From Bugula neritina (taxonomy: Eukaryota; Animalia; Bryozoa), in NCBI GenBank assembly GCA_964035545.1, contig OZ037769.1, positions 310,001 to 374,000 on the forward strand: DNA of 64,000 nt. Reading direction: 5' to 3'. A program made the position numbers and the translations under genes. The notes under the pieces are model-generated. The model made no database searches and was not told the origin of the DNA. It saw only the letters and a program-made list of their open reading frames with translations. Of the stretch, positions 15,501-28,313 are shown piece after piece (the stretch's first letter is position 1; every line of letters begins with the position of its first letter).

Positions 15501-18500
15501 CATACTGTGTAGATGTTCTGTAGATATTATATTACATACTGTGTAGATATTCTATAGATATTATATTACATACTATGTAGATGTTCTGTAGATATTATAT
15601 TACATACTATGTAGATGTTCTGTAGATATTATATTACATACTATGTAGATGTTCTGTAGATATTACATTACATACTATGTAGATGTTCTGTAGATATTAC
15701 ATTACATACTGTGTAGATGTTCTGTAGATATTATATTACATACTGTGTAGATATTCTATAGATATTATATTACATACTATGTAGATGTTCTGTAGATATT
15801 ATATTACATACTGTGTAGATGTTCTGTAGATATTATATTACATACTATGTAGATATTCTGTAGATATTATATTACATACTGTGTAGATGTTCTGTAGATA
15901 TTACATTACATACTGTGTATATGTTCTGTAGATATTATATTACATACTATGTAGATATTCTGTAGATATTATATTACATACTGTGTAGATGTTCTGTAGA
16001 TATTACATTACATACTGTGTATATGTTCTGTAGATATTATATTACATACTATGTATATGTTCTATAGATATTATATTACATACTATGTAGATGTTCTGTA
16101 GATATTATATTACATACTATGTAGATATTCTGTAGATATTATATTACATGCTATGTAGATGTTCTGTAGATATTATATTACATACTGTGTAGATATTCTG
16201 TAGATATTACATTACATACTATGTAGATGTTCTGTAGATATTATATTACATACTATGTAGATGTTCTGTAGATATTACATTACATACTATGTAGATGTTC
16301 TGTAGATATTATATTACATACTATGTAGATGTTCTGTAGATATTATATTACATACTATGTAGATGTTCTGTAGATATTATATTACATACTATATAGATGT
16401 TCTGTAGATATTATATTACATACTGTGTAGATGTTCTATAGATATTATATTACATACTATGTAGATGTTCTGTAGATATTACATTACATACTATGTAGAT
16501 ATTCTGTAGATATTATATTACATGCTATGTAGATGTTCTGTAGATATTATATTACATACTATGTAGATGTTCTGTAGATATTATATTACATGCTGTGTAG
16601 ATATTCTGTAGATATTATACTACATACTATGTAGATGTTCTATAGATATTATATTACATACTATGTAGATATTCTGTAGATATTATATTACATACTATGT
16701 AGATGTTCTATAGATATTATATTACATACTATGTAGATGTTCTGTAGATATTATATTACATACTATGTAGATGTTCTGTAGATATTATATTACATACTAT
16801 GTAGATGTTCTATAGATATTATATACATACTATGTAGATGTTCTGTAGATATTACATTACATACTGTGTAGATGTTCTGTAGATATTATATTACATACTA
16901 TGTAGATATTCTGTAGATATTATATTACATGCTATGTAGATGTTCTGTAGATATTATATTACATACTGTGTAGATATTCTGTAGATATTACATTACATAC
17001 TATGTAGATGTTCTGTAGATATTATATTACATACTATGTAGATGTTCTGTAGATATTACATTACATACTATGTAGATGTTCTGTAGATATTATATTACAT
17101 ACTATGTAGATGTTCTGTAGATATTATATTACATACTATGTAGATGTTCTGTAGATATTATATACATACTATGTAGATGTTCTGTAGATATTATATTACA
17201 TACTGTGTAGATGTTCTGTAGATATTATATTACATACTGTGTAGATGTTCTATAGATATTATATTACATACTATGTAGATGTTCTGTAGATATTACATTA
17301 CATACTATGTAGATATTCTGTAGATATTATATTACATGCTATGTAGATGTTCTGTAGATATTATATTACATACTATGTAGATGTTCTGTAGATATTATAC
17401 TACATGCTATGTAGATGTTCTGTAGATATTATATTACATACTATGTAGATGTTCTGTAGATATTATATTACATACTATGTAGATATTCTGTAGATATTAT
17501 ATTACATACTATGTAGATGTTCTGTAGATATTGTATTACATACTGTGTAGATGTTCTATAGATATTATATTACATACTATGTAGATATTCTGTAGATATT
17601 ACATTACATACTATGTAGATATTCTGTAGATATTATATTACATACTGTGTAGATATTCTGTAGATATTATATTACATACTATGTAGATGTTCTGTAGATA
17701 TTATATTACATACTATATAGATGTTCTGTAGGTATTATATTACATACTATGTAGATGATCTGTAGATATTATATTACATACTATATAGATGTTCTGTAGA
17801 TATTATATTACATACTATGTAGATATTCTGTAGATATTATACTATGTACTGTAGATATTATATTACATACTGCAGGAACCAACTTCACGGAAGACATCAT
17901 TGCCTCCATTTACACGGAAGTTGGTCTTTGTCCGAGAGGTTATGACAAACCCCGCTGTCGACTCGAATTCACAGTGCCTAAGTCAGCGAGTAAGTAATAG
18001 CAAGTAGTAAGTTAATAGCAAGCAGTAAGTAATAGCAAGCAGTAAGTAATAGCAAGCAGTAAGTTAATAGCAAGCAGTAAGTTAATAGCAAGCAGTAAGT
18101 AATAGCAAGCAGTAAGTAATAGCAAGCGGTAAGTAATAGCATGTGGTAAGTTAATAGCAAGCAGTAAGTTAGGTTAGGTTATATTGTGCATGAAGCATTT
18201 GCTACTTTTTAAGACTCAATAAATTTCCAAAGCATGAGTTTAGGAAAGAAATCTGCCATGCTTGCACTTGCCATGAACAATATTAACTAGTGATATTTCG
18301 GGAGCACAACTCTACAGCTAAACTCTACAGCTAGCAGCTATTGAAGTAATCTGTATTATGATCTGTAGACAAGGAGAACCTGTTTGCGCATGTCGATATC
18401 ATACCCAGTCCCAGAATTATATCCACTCACTTGCAATGGAACCATTTACCAGAAAAAGTTAGAAATGGAACAGTTAGAGTAAGTTGATTATATAAATAAA

Positions 18501-20611
18501 CATAGTATCTATGTAGATCGCCATAATGTGTATCTACCAAAACATTTGTAGTGGGTGACGCCCACTTAGAGAGCAATTCTATTCTGTTTTTATCAAGACG
18601 GTCACACAGGTAATTGTTAATTATACAATCGTCTAAGCATATGACTTGAGATTGATATCTTTTTATTCAAATAAATAAAATGTTAAAATAAACATGTTTA
18701 TAGTAATATAATAATATAGAAAAGTAATATAGTAATAGAATAAATATATCATTTTTATATGCGATAGTTTTATTAGTCAATAATTAGACAGAAATTCAGT
18801 AGTATATGGGATATGTATCAGTATAACAGATTTCAAGCTATCAGTGCATGAGCGAATAACTCCGCGCATGCATAGAATATGTTTGGTAATAGCAGGCCAT
18901 TTCCTGTCAATCTATTTCTCGTGCATAAACTATTTCGATGTTATGTGTGAGAACTGATCAACATTTCAGACTATTCATTGCCTGAGAAACCCCAAGGACG
19001 TGGTTTGCAGTGGTTTTCCATTCTTTAGGAAACTTGGAGTTATTCACCCTAACTTAACATGGAAAGAGTTTTTCCAGCATTTCCTGGATGAGAATAGTGA
19101 GTATAATATTTAGCTGTGTTTCTAGTTATATACACTTATAATATTTAGCTGTGTTTCTAGTTATACATATACTTATAATATTTAGCTGTGTTTCTAGTTA
19201 TACATATACTATAATATTTAGCTGTGTTTCTAGTTATATATATATACTTATAACATTTAGCTGTGTTTCTAGTTATACATGGGGGATATTTCCAATATGT
19301 CCGTCAATGGCATGCACACAGGCACCAGAAAAACCTGCTAAACTTGGAGTATGAAGATTTGAAGAAGGTGAGACACTTTTCTATCAACTGGGGAAATCAC
19401 TCCATGCTTGCTGTTGAAGATTCCTGAAGTATAAACTAGCTAACTACAATGACAGTCAATTGTATATATATTAGTTTGAGCTTCTAATATACAAAACTAG
19501 CCTTTAATGTATTTTAATTTAGCACTGTGACTGTTTAGGAATTTGCTGAGTAGCGGGTAAAAATATAGGACAAAAAATGCTGAAAAGTTGCCAAAATTGT
19601 GTTGTAGAAATTGTTAACAGTTGGCTATAATCTTAGTTTGACTACCCAATCAGATTCATCGACTAATAACTACCAACTAAGACTCATTTATCCTATAGAA
19701 GAAACATTTGCTGCACTAACAAACTTTTTAAGCTTTCATCAGCTTTTTATCTTGTGTGAAATAATTGAAGTCATGCAACCAAAATACTGGTGGTTTTTCT
19801 AATCAACACAAACTTTTAAAACTTTTGAAATGGTAATTAAAGTAGTAACACAGCCATTAATAGCTGGTATCTTTTGCTTGTGTTTGATTTTTCTTTGTAC
19901 TACGACGGGAACTCAAATGCATAGCAGTAAATCAAAGTTGCAGTTTAATGCTGCTTAGTAAAGTTAAATCTTTAGCTCAACAGCGAATTGCATTAACTTA
20001 TGTTCCTTGAAAGGTTTCTCTCAGTGAAGTTTTACTGCCGAAGAAAGAGAGGGGGGAGGGGGAGAGAGAGAGAACTAATAATTAGATATTTTTTAGAACC
20101 TGAGAGAAAACGTAGTCAAGATTGCTGAATTTCTGGGCCAAACTCTAACAGAAGAGCAGATCAAAAGAGTGGTGACTGAAAACACTTTTGAGAACAAAAA
20201 GAAAGCTATGGGCTCTCTACACATCATGTACAGGAAGGGTGAGTGCTGGAGTAAAATGTATTTTGGGAAAATAGAGCTTAAAGATAGTATTACACAACAT
20301 TTATCATCTCTGAATTCTAGTGTAACCAGGGAATGTGATTAGGAGTTGATCTCGATGAATTGATAGAATTATCATCATGTAACCAATTACGTTGGGTATT
20401 GAACTCGTCCAATCACAGTAGCTGTTGGGTATTGAACTCGTCCAATCACAGTAGCTGTTAGGTATTGAACTCGTCCAATCACAGTAGTTGTTTTATAGGA
20501 AAGTCCGGAGGTTGGAGGTCAGAGTTGACAGTGGAACAAAATGAACTGATGGATGAGAAGATAAAATCAGAATTTGAAGACTTGGAAGAATTAAATTTAC
20601 AATATGACTGA
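3556..20611 (+). CDS. Cytosolic-type sulfotransferase, copy B (complete, 8 exons)
   Basis: Exons 3556-3643, 4090-4245, 17876-17989, 18369-18478, 18970-19096, 19273-19367, 20097-20238 and 20499-20611 join in frame. The 5'-PSB loop DDVVVATYAKSG|T is split by intron 2. Also RNPKD, YEDLK and RKGKSGGW. Exon 1 is the least certain. Confidence 0.88.
4238..4350 (+). repeat. 32-bp repeat of exon end plus donor (4 copies of CAAGTCAG|GTACTAAGT)
   Basis: The first copy is the true exon 2 boundary (4245/4246). Confidence 0.9.
4590..17871. repeat. ~13.3 kb satellite, 34-bp unit, ~390 copies, inside intron 2 of sulfotransferase B
   Basis: Consensus CTGTAGATATTATATTACATACTATGTAGATGTT. The array runs directly into the acceptor ...TTACATACTGCAG (17875). 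Confidence 0.97.
17986..18170 (+). repeat. 17-18 bp repeat of the donor site (about 10 copies of GTAAGT)
   Basis: Unit GCAAGCA|GTAAGT(T)AATA, starting at the exon 3 boundary GCGA|GTAAGT. Confidence 0.85.
19097..19277 (+). repeat. Acceptor-repeat intron in copy B (5 acceptors)
   Basis: Same unit as 927-1284 with fewer copies. Confidence 0.9.
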
Positions 20612-21358
20612 TTACCTACAGTTAGTAAAGTGACTGATTACCTATAGTTATTAAAGTGACCGATTGTCTACGGATAGTAAAATGGCTGCTTGCATAAGCA
20701 AGATGCTTGTTTATGCAGACTTCTGTCAGCCAACTATGACTATCCTTGGTGGAAGTGAGTAACTGTATTATGTAACAATTTAAACAGACTCAGTAAATTG
20801 CATTCAGACAATGAATTTGGCTTCTTTTAAAGAATAATGTATTCCAATTAAATAACAAAATTTAAATGAATTCTTTATACCTAATGAGTTTTCTCCATAA
20901 TAAGCTAGTCAACTTGATGATAATAAACTTACCATACCTTATAAAACTTTCCCGGTGCACCTGCTTATGTAGAAATAGGATCATAGTTTTAACAATACTG
21001 CAATAGTTTAGGTTAGAGTTTTATTACAACAGTTTGTACAACTCAGTTGAGTTGCATGTGATCAGAATGAATAACTTAACTGACTCGCAGAGTGTCACAG
21101 AATAAACACACATACGAGAATTTGAAACTTGAGTTAGATTTGAGGAAAATATATGACTCTACCAGTTGCAAAGAGGACACAAACAGCCAATATGATTTTT
21201 ATTTGTAGAACAAATTAAGAAACCTATTCTTTAAATAATGCTGCAAATCTCTATAAATATTGGTTGCAAGTTTCAAATTTATTTTATAACTCTTAAGGTG
21301 GATCGCAATTTTAAGCACTTGGGAGAGAAACTTTGTTTGGCAGAGCTAATTGGCTGCA

Positions 21359-24300
21359 TTACTCATCTTCAGTATCTGGTAGGTTTGGTAGTACCAGGGT
21401 ACAAGGTAACAGCTCTGCCATCACAGTGTGGTGTAGCACCAGGGCTACCAAGTTAGACCACTCCATATCTAAACCCTGGAATAGAAACATTGTTAAGTTT
21501 GTCATATTTTGAGATTAGTAAATTCAAAAAGTTTCACTCACTGACTTTCAATGAATTCCTTTGAGACTTATAACATTAATTCAATGATAGATGGATAGTA
21601 TGAAGAGATCTTTAAAATTGTTAACTTTGGGTCTCACAACATTCACATTGCCTATATTTTAATTAAAAAAAGTTGAACTTTATAGGTACCCTAAAACTCA
21701 AAGTTCAAAATTTTTTAGTACTGCATGGTCAAAAGTTATAATTCTTAATAACAGCTTCAGTTATTTAGCAGCAAAACTTGACCTTGAACTTGACCCCATC
21801 TTTTGTGTTGACTATCAGATAGTGAGCTACTCCTGTAGCGTGATCGTCTGAGTTGGTTCGTAGCGACAGCGTGTAGTCTCCTTTGTAGGTGCTGCTGTAC
21901 CTCACAACAAAACTTCCCATTTCTCTCTTTAGTAAGTAGTCTAGTACTTGCTCTCTGTCAGCAATAAATTAGGAGTTACTCTCTCTATGTAATTTCTAAT
22001 ACTGGCAGCCCTCACTACTCTTGCTGTGGTTAATTCAAACACACAGCTATCCAATTGCTATGACAACATAACAATAGGACTTATACGCTATGATTATAAT
22101 ACATTCATGTTACGTGACTGTTTGTCAAACACTAAAAATGGACTCGCTGTTAAGGAGTTAAATATTTAACCTAAAAATCAAAATATGCAGTCTGTATTTT
22201 CTTAGGAAACCTTTTTAATAAACAACATGTATATACAATACTATAAATTCTTAGTTAACAAATGGAAGCTGAATTCATATCTTGAGTGAATAATACAAAA
22301 TTAAAACTGTGGAACAAAAATTGCTAGAACCATATGATTATAAAATATACAATGGGTGGTAGTCACCTTGAATTGTCTGGCTTAAACCAGGAGTGCTTCT
22401 TCAAATCTTCTTTCTGTTTTTCACTCAAGGGACTAAAAATGCATGGATTGAGCATAACACTAACAATAAAGTTTTTCCTATGAGATGAATATAATATAAT
22501 TATTCTAATAAAAGACTACAATTATATGTAAAGCTTATAAAAGACAATTTCTATCCATATAGCTGTTCTATACAACATGAATACCATACCATCAGTTCTG
22601 TAGTAAAACATCTCCTAGGAACTCCTCCATCAAAACTATTTTTACAGAAGTTCTACTCTATAATTTATGCTAAGACATGTCAAATAATTACCCTGTTTCT
22701 TTCTCGTTACTTTTTTCTTCACTTTTCAAAACTCTTCTATTCTAAAAGAAGATAAGCTATTTAAAGTATATTAATGTACTCCTATAGCTTGACCCATTTT
22801 GAAAGCTTGAATAAACAACATTGTTACATTAGAATATATAACGAATTAAAATTCAACATATTATATTATGGCATAACGCTTAAAATATGTTATAATATAG
22901 CATATTATGTAATAATATAATATGCTACAGTAAAATTTATCAGATTATTTTACAATATAGTATGCTATATTAAAGTATTTATTACATTTTATAACATAAT
23001 ATAGTATGTTAAACAATCAAAATACCCGAGCTAACTCTTTCCGATTTTTTTCTTGAACTTCCGTAAATAAAATCCTTTGCTCATCCAGCTGTTCCATTAT
23101 TCTAAAGTTGAATATTGTAGCGACAGAATTCTGCTCTAAGTGGGCCGATTTAAATGCACTTCCTGTAACTTTGTTCAACTCTTCAACCTTAAGGACAGGA
23201 AAAATATTACATGGCAATATACTGTATTGTATTATACTGTAATGTGTATTCCAATATATTGTAATATATCATCATATATTATGTTTTATTGTAAACTATT
23301 ATGTTATGTAGTCTTATACTATTTTATGCTATATTGCAATATATTATATTGCATTTTATTATATATGACCTTATATTTTAGTAAATTATTTTGTATTATA
23401 TTATTTCATAAGATTGAAACGCATTGTATTACCATATTATTTTATATTGTGTTTTATTATATTATATTTTACACCATAATATTATGGTTTTTTTATATTA
23501 TATCATATTATTTGTATTGTATTATAACGATACTTACAAGCAAGCACTTGTCCAATTATTGTAGATTGCACCAGAGTAATATAATTGCTTGTAAAAGCTA
23601 TTTCACTTATTTACATGAACACACATCACTTAGTAAACATAAACAAATATTACCAAAAAGCTCGTACATATATTCAAGTCTAATAGTAATGGCTTTTCAC
23701 TCGTATTTCATTTATAACTTTTAGGATTGTTACCAATTCGTACCCAAGATGATAAACTCTGTGCTAACGTGCTTGATTCCCTGCACATAAAACGCAGATA
23801 TAGAAAGCTTCATATGATTTATAAGAGTTCAACATGCTAGAGACTAACTTGAGCAGCTTTCTCTGCAGTGAACACGTGGCAATAGGAAGTGTTGAGTGAG
23901 CACCTCGGCTCTCTCACCAGAAAGCAGAAGATTCTGTCCTCTGGCACACAAGTGCAGTACGAGATTCTGTGCATTGCGTGTGCCATCAGCAAAATCTGCA
24001 ATATGTTAATATACTTACAAGGGATAGTTGCTGTGTGACGTGTACATATCGCATATTGCTTTGTTCCTGTTGAAGATTCCTTATTACAATGATTACTTAG
24101 CTATAAGACTGTATGTATGAACAACCTAAAAGCTACAAGATAAACTACTAGCTGTCACATTTCTGTGAGAGAGCACTTGCACAAAGTGACAGGGTAAATA
24201 GTAACAGTAGAGACAAGCCTGTGGGAGAGCACTTGCACAAAGTGACAAGGTAAATAGTAACAGTAGAGACATACCTGTGGGAGAGCACTTGCACAAAGTG

Positions 24301-25493
24301 ACAAGGTATAAATAGTAACAGTACAGACATACCTGACCCTTTTTGTCAGTGACTTTGATGCCTTTAGATGAGATGATGATCAGCACTGGCCTTGACCTCA
24401 GAATCACCTGCAGGTCAAGGTAAATCAGACATTAGAAGTGGCTGTGGCAGCTATAGATGCTGCTTAAGCAGCAATGGTGGAATATAATAATAGCCAATAA
24501 AAAATTGTCGTGTTGGGAGAAAAATAATTGAAGTCGAAGTTAGGCAAACGTCCAGGATCAAACAAAAGCTATCATAATATCGATATATTGTTAAGATATC
24601 AAGATGCTAATAAAAGTTGTAGCCTTTCGTTAGCGTAGAGTAGAGTATAACTTAATACAGTCACCATTAGTATATTTCTCCCACGTTCATATGATATAAG
24701 ATTATAATATTATATAAAAGACAGAAGACTGTGACATTTCCTTACCTTCATTAGACTCAGTTGTCTTCTCATGAACTCAGTTCTGACAGCTTGATCCGTT
24801 CCTGGTACGGAGAACGTTCCGGCATACTATAAACAGAACACTATGAGAATATTCCGGCATACTGTAAACAGAAGAGTTTGAGAATGCAATATATTGTAGT
24901 AAAAATTTTACAGCCTCTGTTTCATTATTATAATAGCCATTCATATCTTTCCACACCTCGGCGTAGCGGACATATGCACTTTCATCCTTGTATTTCTGTA
25001 AGATGGGTGGTGCCAGTTGACCCCCCAACACTGCACCAGGCTCAAATGACTTTGCTGCACCTTTTAAATCATTTTTATCTTTTCTTCTTTGTAAGTACTA
25101 ACATGACAAAGCAAATTGGTAAACTGTCTACACATGGTATATTCATCATTCCAATATAATATAAGTAATATAATGGTCCTTCATTAAGCATTATCAAATT
25201 ATAGGAAAGATAACATATTCAACTTAATAAACAGTTTTAAAATTAAATTTTATTTCTATTTTTTATTCAAAATTTTATTTAAATAAGTTTTATTACTTGC
25301 GTAGAAGTTATAATTTATGACAAAGCCAATCCCAATGCTTCATAATGTAAAGGAGTTATAAACTATAAACAACTATTATCAATATTATCTTACTAAATAT
25401 TATACATTAAAGTTGTACCTTTTCTTTCTTTATCTTAAACTCATTAATGTCTTGTTCTTCTATATTCTGCTTAGCTTTCAACAAGTAAGCCAT
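21359..25493 (-). CDS. SH2D5: SH2D5-like PTB + SH2 domain adaptor (10 exons)
   Basis: Exons 25419-25493, 24957-25097, 24746-24826, 24333-24407, 23849-23995, 23026-23187, 22692-22741, 22367-22432, 21783-21954 and 21359-21475 join in frame. PTB segments: YAGTFSV, LLMAHAMHRISYC, YCHVF. SH2 segments: WF..., GSFVVRYS, YTLSL, VAHYLI, LVALVLHH, LLPCTL. The symbol rests on recalled similarity. Confidence 0.8.
24160..24335 (-). repeat. ~56-bp repeat (3 copies) starting at a donor; units run GTATGT...CTCTCCCACAG
   Basis: On the minus strand CAG|GTATGT occurs twice and CAG|GCTTGT once. Confidence 0.85.
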
Positions 25494-25950
25494 TATAATA
25501 CTTCACTTCAAGTAAACAGCATTGTGTCAAATATTTGAGTCATCAATTATCAATGTAAATAAGTCAATTGTTTGCCAATTCCTTGCATTTTTCATATAAA
25601 TTTTAAGTCGAAAAGCATTACGTAAATAAAGTTATAATTAACGGTTTATTTGATTAAGTTTAGATGGCAAACATCTTCACACTTCATTCAGTTTGTGGCT
25701 CTAATAATAAATAAAAAATATAATGATTATTGATTGCAACTTTAGTATTTTTTCTGTTTAATTTCAAAACTGAAAAATACACTTTTACGTGCTTCACGCA
25801 AAAATTATTGAGCTGAGAAAATTAGAAAAAAAACAAGAAAGCATAAAATATTAATGTAAAGCTTAATAGTAAATAAGTGCCACACTAGTCAATGTTGTGC
25901 GTTGTTATTTGAAATAAGGACGTATAGTTTATTACCTCCACAAATGCGAG

Positions 25951-26466
25951 ATGATGTCAGTAAGAAAATGTAATCTCGTGGCAGGTATGTTGGAGTCTGC
26001 ACTCGTTGTAGTACTATATATAGAAATATTAGAAATATTTACAATTATTATTAAATATACAGATACACTTGGTTTAGCTACTGCTACTTTTATTAAAGTA
26101 TATTAATAAATGTTTGACTTCTCATTATTTTACAAAAGCCAATACACAGTTTATGTTTATGATATTTTAATAAAACATACTTTAAAAAACCTGAAAAATA
26201 TTTATGCACTATTCTGTACACAAATATAACTATAAGTTTTTAGGGCTGGAAGTTATCTCAACTTACAAGTAGTTGTGATTTTATGCATAAATAAGACTGG
26301 TTTATAGATTAGCCAGAGTTATTATACACCTGCATGTTGTGAAAGTGGCTTAGTGACTTGAGCCATGCATAGAAACTTGTTAAATGATAAATTATATTAT
26401 ATATATAATATATATTATATATAATATATACTATATATAATATATAATATATATATATATAATATA

Positions 26467-26513
<47 letters not shown>

Positions 26514-26521
26514 CATATAAA

Positions 26522-26609
<88 letters not shown>

Positions 26610-28313
26610 TATATTATATATATAATATTATATATATTGTATGTATGTTTGTACACTTGGTGTAAAAAGTTCCCCAATAGTGAGCACACAGCGTATACCT
26701 TAGTATATCAGGTCAATAGCCAAAACCTATTAAACTTGTGTTAAGATAAATAACTGAACACCAAATAACATAATACTTACACCTTATGCAGAAAACATGG
26801 TGTATTTCAGCTGCCATCTCCGTGCTGACTCTCACCCTAGTAGCAGACCAATACCGTCTCATCTACACGGAGACACTGACCAGCTCTGACCTAATGATCA
26901 GCCGAGGAGAGGCAGCGGTTACAGAAGTAGGCTGTGCTGTTGAGTGTAGCAACTCTGCTGCCGATTGCATTGGGTTCCAGGTTGAAGGGGCAGAGTCACG
27001 CTGTGTCCTTCTGTATTGTGTAAATCTTGAACGTCTGCTGAACACATCTGGAGAAGCTAAAGTGTACTTGGTGAATGGTACTGCCACTTCACATCTACTG
27101 GCACAAAGTAAGCCTAGTAAACAGAGTGCACAGAGTAGTGAGTAAACAGAGTAGAGTATACAGAGTAGAGTATACAGAGTAGAGTAAACAGATTATACAG
27201 AGTAGTGTATACAGAGTAGAGTATACAGAGTATACAGAGTAGAGCATACAGAGTATACAGAGTAGAGTATACAGAGTATACAGAGTAGAGTAAACAGATT
27301 ATACAGAGTAGAGTATACAGAGTATACAGAGTAGAGTATACAGAGTAGAGTATACAGAGTAGAGTATACAGAGTAGAGTATACAGAGTAGCGAGTATACA
27401 GAGTAGAGTATACAGAGTAGAGTATACAGAGTAGAGTATACAGAGTAGAGTATACAGAGTAGAGTATACAGAGTAGAGTATACAGAGTAAAGCATACAGA
27501 GTAAAGTATACATGAGTAAAGTATACAGAGTAAAGTATACAGAGTAGAGTATACAGAGTAGTGAGTACACAGAGTACACAGAGTAGTGAGTACACAGAGT
27601 ATACAGAATAGTGAGTATACAGGGTAGGCAATATTCTAAACTTACAGATAAGCCGGCTATGCAGTCATCGACCATGGAAGATGCAACCTATTCATTCGAT
27701 GCTTCTAAAGCAAATGATGGGATTTATCTCCCCTCTGACCACCCGTATATGGCGGAGTTTGCCGGAATGATCTCAACGGAGGTGGAGAATAACCCATTCT
27801 GGAGGGTAGATTTGTTGGCCAACCACTGTGTGTGGGCTGTGAACATACTGAATCGAGCTGAAAGAGGTACGGAGGATATAAAGTTAGCTTAGGTTGCTTA
27901 AACTTTTACTCAACGAGTTTTACTATTGTTCTTCCAAAAGAAATATCAATGCACTGTAATGTAAAACTTTAATAGTAAAAATATGTTTGACAAAAATTTT
28001 TCATTAGCAATATCTTAGAGCTAAATTTATCTTTCATACTATTAGCTCAAAAAAAGTTCTCAATGTATGTTACTCTTATATAGAGCAATATTCATGGACC
28101 TGGATAAGCACCAAGAACGTCGAAGTGAGAGTAGCCGAGACCGAAAAGGATCTGGAAGATTCCATGAGCTTGTGTACCTACCATAATGGGAGTGTTAACC
28201 AGTACTACACCTTGTTGGAGTGTAGAACACCAATTACTGGGAGATATGTGCAGGTTCAGATACTTACTGAGACGGCTTTACAGGTCTATGAAATTGAGGT
28301 TCACGGCCTTTAG
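25951..28313 (+). CDS. Secreted PAN/apple-like + F-type lectin (fucolectin fold) protein, copy 1
   Basis: Exons 25951-25984, 26811-27107, 27648-27866 and 28084-28313. Signal-like MMSVRKCNLVAAAISVLTLTLVA; PAN-like CAVEC...CIGF...C; lectin motifs LLAQNKPAMQSS, ASKANDG, NPFWRVDL, GRYVQV and EIEVHG. Confidence 0.85.
26390..26640. repeat. (TA)n microsatellite in lectin 1 intron 1
   Basis: Directly visible. Confidence 0.95.
27120..27622. repeat. 14/9-bp minisatellite filling lectin 1 intron 2
   Basis: Unit TATACAGAGTAGAG. Confidence 0.93.

Noticed and set aside
4590-17871. CRISPR-like array (34-bp period)
   Set aside because: Head-to-tail repeats with no unique spacers, no cas genes, and located in a eukaryotic intron.
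23140-23724. 194-aa Tyr/Ile-rich ORF
   Set aside because: Low-complexity AT-rich intron, antisense to the SH2D5-like gene.
27193-27675. Repetitive ORFs (YSTLYTLLCI and similar; also 1036-1260, 2813-3226, 17978-18160, 51844-52051, 61871-62247)
   Set aside because: Translations of mini- and microsatellites.
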